From the NCBI GenBank assembly GCA_964270895.1, contig OZ185442.1: a DNA stretch of 64,000 bases. One strand, 5' to 3'. A program made the translations under genes and the position numbers. Positions 59,912-64,000 of the stretch are shown piece by piece; positions within the stretch are counted from its first letter, which is position 1; each line of letters opens with the position of its first letter. Below the pieces are notes generated by a model. The model ran no database searches and was not told the DNA's origin. It was given only the letters and a program-made list of their open reading frames with translations. This stretch comes from Podarcis filfolensis. Taxonomy: Eukaryota.

Positions 59912-60025
59912 GCCAGGAAAGCTCTCTTGGTGCCAACCCCACGCCTGCGGACGGGGCTGTTCAACAGGATCATCCCTCCCCCTGGAGCAACCAAAGAGAT
60001 GCTAAGAAAATGTGCCACCTCTCAA
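59912..60025 (+). CDS. MTHFSD: MTHFSD exon 4 ([38 protein letters not shown])
   Basis: ctcccag| acceptor, |gtaaga donor; [14 protein letters not shown] motif. Confidence 0.93.
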
Positions 60026-60409
60026 GTAAGAAAGGCAGGGAGGAGGAAGCAAGAACAGGGTTTCTTTGGTTAATTGATTTCTACTGTGCTTCAAAAAGAC
60101 TGATGAGCATCAGTGGGACTAGCTTAAAGGCGGTTGAAAAGTGATTAAGTTTGCTAGATGTTTCTATTTCCTCGCTTTCTTGATTTTTTTGTATTGGTAT
60201 GTCCAGACTGCAAAGCATTTCTACCATTCCAGGCCAAATCAACAGCATCCCTTATAAGGAATGGCTTGTTGCTGGCTTGTAGGTCGTAAAGTGGGGTTTT
60301 GGCGCCCTCCAGCGTTGGTATGCCAAAAGCACGCAGGTGTTATGGGATATATTTTCCAGAGGAGTGCCTGTGTTAATCTGTTGCAGAAAAACAAACAAAC
60401 ACAGGATCT

Positions 60410-60490
60410 TGTTGCAATGCCTTTTAAAGAGCCACAGATTTATCCCATGGCATAAGCTTTCGTGGGCTAAAATCCACTTTGTTAGGTGGA
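60410..60490 (-). mobile_element. Penelope-like pseudo-LTR remnant with degenerate hammerhead motif
   Basis: Minus strand ctaacaa-agtggattttagcccac-gaa-agct-t-atgc, next to a ccttttaaagagccacagatttat segment. Confidence 0.55.
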
Positions 60491-60735
60491 TGAAGTGTGT
60501 TTAACCACACGGGACTAGGACCTGGGAGACCAGGATTCAGTTCCCCAACCGGCCATGAAGCTCACTGGGTGGCCTTGAGGCAGTCACTGTCTCTCAGCCT
60601 TAGCTACCTCACAGGGTTGTTGTGAGGATAAGATAGGGAGGGACAGAACCACGTACACCACCTTGTGCTCCTTGGAGTAAAAGGTGGGATATAAATATAG
60701 TCAAAATATTATTAATAACTAAAGTGTTACTTAGT

Positions 60736-61079
60736 TAAAGGTAAAGGGACCCCTGACCATTAGGTCCAGTTGTGACGACTCTGGGGTTGCGGTGCTCATC
60801 TCGCTTTATTGGCTGAGGGAGCCAGTGTACAGCTTCCGGGTCATGTGGCCAGCATGACTAAGCTGCTTCTGGTGAACCAGAGCAGCACACGGAAACGCTG
60901 TTTACCTTCCCGCCGGAGCAGTACCTATTTATCTACTTGCACTTTGATGGGTTCTCGAACTGCTAGGTTGGCAGGAGCAGGGACCGAGCAACAGGTCACC
61001 CCGTCATGGGGATTCGAACCACCGACCTTCTGATCTGCAAGTCCTAGGCTCTGTGCTTTAACCCACAGCGCCACCCGCA
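60736..61079 (-). mobile_element. Sauria SINE, near full length
   Basis: 9-bp TSD ttacttagt (60727-60735, 61080-61088). Confidence 0.92.
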
Positions 61080-61891
61080 TTACTTAGTAAGTAGTTAGTT
61101 AATAGATTCACATACGTGTACATATATACATGCATATATTGCTGTATATTCATATAGGCAGTGCTGTCAAATGGAATTAAATGTAAAAAATGCAGTCTCT
61201 GATTATGGTCACATTCACACTATACATTTTAACAGTCTTGGAGAATCCTGGGAACTGTAGCTTGTTGAGGGTGTGGGAACTATAGCTCTGTGAGGTCACC
61301 ACTCTGTGAGGCCAGCACAAACGATAGTTCCCAAGGTTCCCCGTGTCTGTTAAAATGGCAGGATAGTGCTTTAAACATACAATGCAGATGTGAACAATTC
61401 CACTTTAAGTTTAAATGTAAGCAAGATGACCCCCCACCGTGGCAGAAACTGATAGTAACACAACTCCAGTGGAACAGGAATCCATGATCGCAATGGCAGT
61501 TGCAGGTGACAGAACTGAACTGCCTGATTAAGTTGTCCTTTGGCAGCCTTGTGCTGGAGACCTCCTTTGAAGCTCCTTTGTTCGAGAATGAGCACGTTCA
61601 GGTCAGCGGCAGAACAGAAAACCTGGCATTTCTGAAATTGGGTTTAGGATGGGATTTCCTCCAAGCTGACGTTCCCAATTGCTTGAGAATCCCAGAAGAA
61701 CAACTTGGCTGGCTTCCAAGAAGAGAGCAGGACCGGCTGTGCTGGATAGAGGAGGCTTCTGTTCTCTCTCAATAGACTGTTGTTTGGTGGTTGGGGGGGG
61801 GAGGTTTGCAAGGGGGAGGGAGAAGGGAGCAATTCAGGCTGACGGTGAGCAACCACTCTTCTCTTCCTCCTCTCTTTCTTTTCTTTTTCAG

Positions 61892-61982
61892 GGTGTTCGG
61901 GATTACAGCGTACCTGTCGGACTAGACGCAAAGGTCCATGTGGACCTGGTTGTGGTAGGATCTGTGGCTGTTTCTGAGAAAG
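61892..61982 (+). CDS. MTHFSD: MTHFSD exon 5 ([31 protein letters not shown])
   Basis: Long polypyrimidine tract + cag|, donor |gtactt, 91 nt, phase 0-1; [14 protein letters not shown] motif. Confidence 0.93.
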
Positions 61983-62380
61983 GTACTTGGCAGAAAACCA
62001 TGTGGCTGGGAACTTCAGCCAGAGGGAAGCTGCTGAAACAAATTCCAGATAGCTAAGCCCGGGCAGATTATCTAAATGGAATAGAACCTCCATGTTTAGT
62101 GGCAGTATATGCTCCACTGAGTATCAGTTGGTGGGTGGGAAGATAGTGAGGGAGGGCTGTTGTCTTCCTGCCCTGCTTATGAGCTTCCTGGAAGTGTCCA
62201 GTTGGGAAGATGGACAAGGTGGACCACACCACTGATATGATCCAGCAAGGCTCTTCTTATGTTCATATTAGTCATTATACTTGAGATCAGAGCCCCATAT
62301 ACCAAGGCAGTATACCCCCAAGTTGGATAGCAACATAGGAAGCAGCTTCATATCAAGACAGGCCGTTGGTCCATCTAACT

Positions 62381-64000
62381 CATAGAATCATAGAATCATA
62401 GAGTTGGAAGAGACCACAAGGGCCATCGAGTCCAACCCCCTGCCAAGCAGGAAACACCATCAGAGCACTCCTGACATATGGTTGTCAAGCCTCTGCTTAA
62501 AGACCTCCAAAGAAGGAGACTCCACCACACTCCTTGGCAGCAAATTCCACTGTCGAACAGCTCTTACTGTCAGGAAGTTCTTCCTAATGTTTAGGTGGAA
62601 TCTTCTTTCTTGTAGTTTGGAACCATTGCTCCGTGTCCGCTTCTCTGGAGCAGCAGAAAACAACCTTTCTCCCTCCTCTATGTGACATCCTTTTATATAT
62701 TTGAACATGGCTATCATATCACCCCTTAACCTCCTCTTCTCCAGGCTAAACATGCCCAGCTCCCTTAGCCGTTCCTCATAAGGCATCGTTTCCAGGCCTT
62801 TGACCATTTTGGTTGCCCTCCTCTGGACACGTTCCAGTTTGTCAGTGTCCTTCTTGAACTGTGGTGCCCAGAACTGGACACAGTACTCCAGGTGAGGTCT
62901 GACCAGAGCAGAATACAGTGGCACTATTACTTCCCTTGATCTAGATGCTATACTCCTATTGATGCAGCCCAGAATTGCATTGGCTTTTTTAGCTGCCGCG
63001 TCGCACTGTTGGCTCATGTCAAGTTTGTGGTCAACCAAGACTCCTAGATCCTTTTCACATGTACTGCTCTCAAGCCAGGTGTCACCCATCTTGTATTTGT
63101 GCCTCTCATTTTTTTTGCCCAAGTGCAATACTTTACATTTCTCCCTGTTAAAATTCATCTTGTTTGTTTTGGCCCAGTTCTCTAATCTGTCAAGGTCATT
63201 TTGAAGTGTGATCCTGTCCTCTGGGGTGTTAGCCACCCCTCCCAGTTTGGTGTCATCTGCAAATTTGATCAGGATGCCCTTGAGTCCATCATCCAAGTCG
63301 TTGATAAAGATGTTGAATAAGACCGGGCCCAAGACAGAACCCTGTGGCACCTCACTAGCCACTCTTCTCCAGGATGAAGAGGAACCATTGATGAGCACCC
63401 TTTGGGTTCGGTCAGTCAGCCAGTTACAAATCCACTGAGTGGTAGCATAGTCAAGACCACATTTTACCAGCTTCTTTACAAGAATATCATGGGGCACCTT
63501 GTCAAATGCCTTGCTGAAATCAAGGTAGGCTACATCCACTGCGTTCCCTTCATCTACCAGGCTTGTAATTCTGTCAAAAAACGAGATCAGGTTAGTCTGA
63601 CATGACTTATTTTTCAGAAATCCATGCTGACTATTGGTGATCACAGCATTCCTTTCTAGGTGCTCACAGACTGTTTGCTTAATGATCTGCTCCAGAATCT
63701 TCCCTGGTATTGATGTCAGACTGACTGGGCGGTAATTATTTGGGTCCTCTCTTTTCCCCTTTTTGAAAATAGGGACAACATTTGCCCTCCTCCAGTCTGC
63801 CGGGACTTCACCTGTTCTCCAGGAATTCTCAAAGATGACTGCCAGTGGTTCTGAGATCACATCTGCCAGTTCTTTTAATACTCTTGGATGCAGTTCATCT
63901 GGCCCTGGAGACTTGAATACATCTAGACTAGCCAAGTATTCTTGTACTATCTCCTTAGTTATTCTGGGCTGTGTTTCCTCTGCTGAATCATTTGCTCCAA
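62381..64000 (-). mobile_element. Young CR1 LINE, ORF2 RT region, runs off the window
   Basis: Stop-free frame from the window edge to 62460 ([41 protein letters not shown]); (ATTCTATG)n tail at 62381-62403; antisense in MTHFSD intron 5. Confidence 0.95.

Noticed and set aside
1-64000. CRISPR arrays, rRNA, operons or other prokaryotic systems
   Set aside because: None seen; the sequence is clearly spliced vertebrate DNA and its repeats are microsatellites or transposons.

Overview
Vertebrate genomic DNA from a squamate reptile, most likely a lacertid lizard. That assignment is inferred from Sauria-type SINEs with (ACCTTT)n tails, Squam3-like SINEs, a BovB LINE and young CR1/L1 copies. The window covers part of the conserved FOXL1-FOXC2-MTHFSD(-FOXF1) cluster. 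It holds single-exon FOXL1 (25118-26293, -) and single-exon FOXC2 (49517-51094, -). It also holds the 5' half of MTHFSD (+), with exons at about 56.2-56.4, 58.2, 59.6-60.0 and 61.9 kb; the gene runs off the right edge. Bases 1-23.7 kb and the 23-kb FOXL1-FOXC2 spacer contain no recognisable coding exons, only transposons and candidate enhancers. The strongest unexpected signal is in MTHFSD: two paralogous 114-nt versions of exon 3 separated by only 38 nt, the architecture of sterically enforced mutually exclusive exons. MTHFSD also has two candidate phase-compatible first coding exons. Secondary signals are three Penelope-type minimal hammerhead-ribozyme relics, a stop-free L1 nested in an old CR1 with an 11-bp TSD, two 53-55 bp local duplications, and twin hAT MITEs with TTAGGG-containing repeats. 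I see no evidence for a wholly new multi-gene system. Family names and cross-species comparisons come from memory and were not database-checked.
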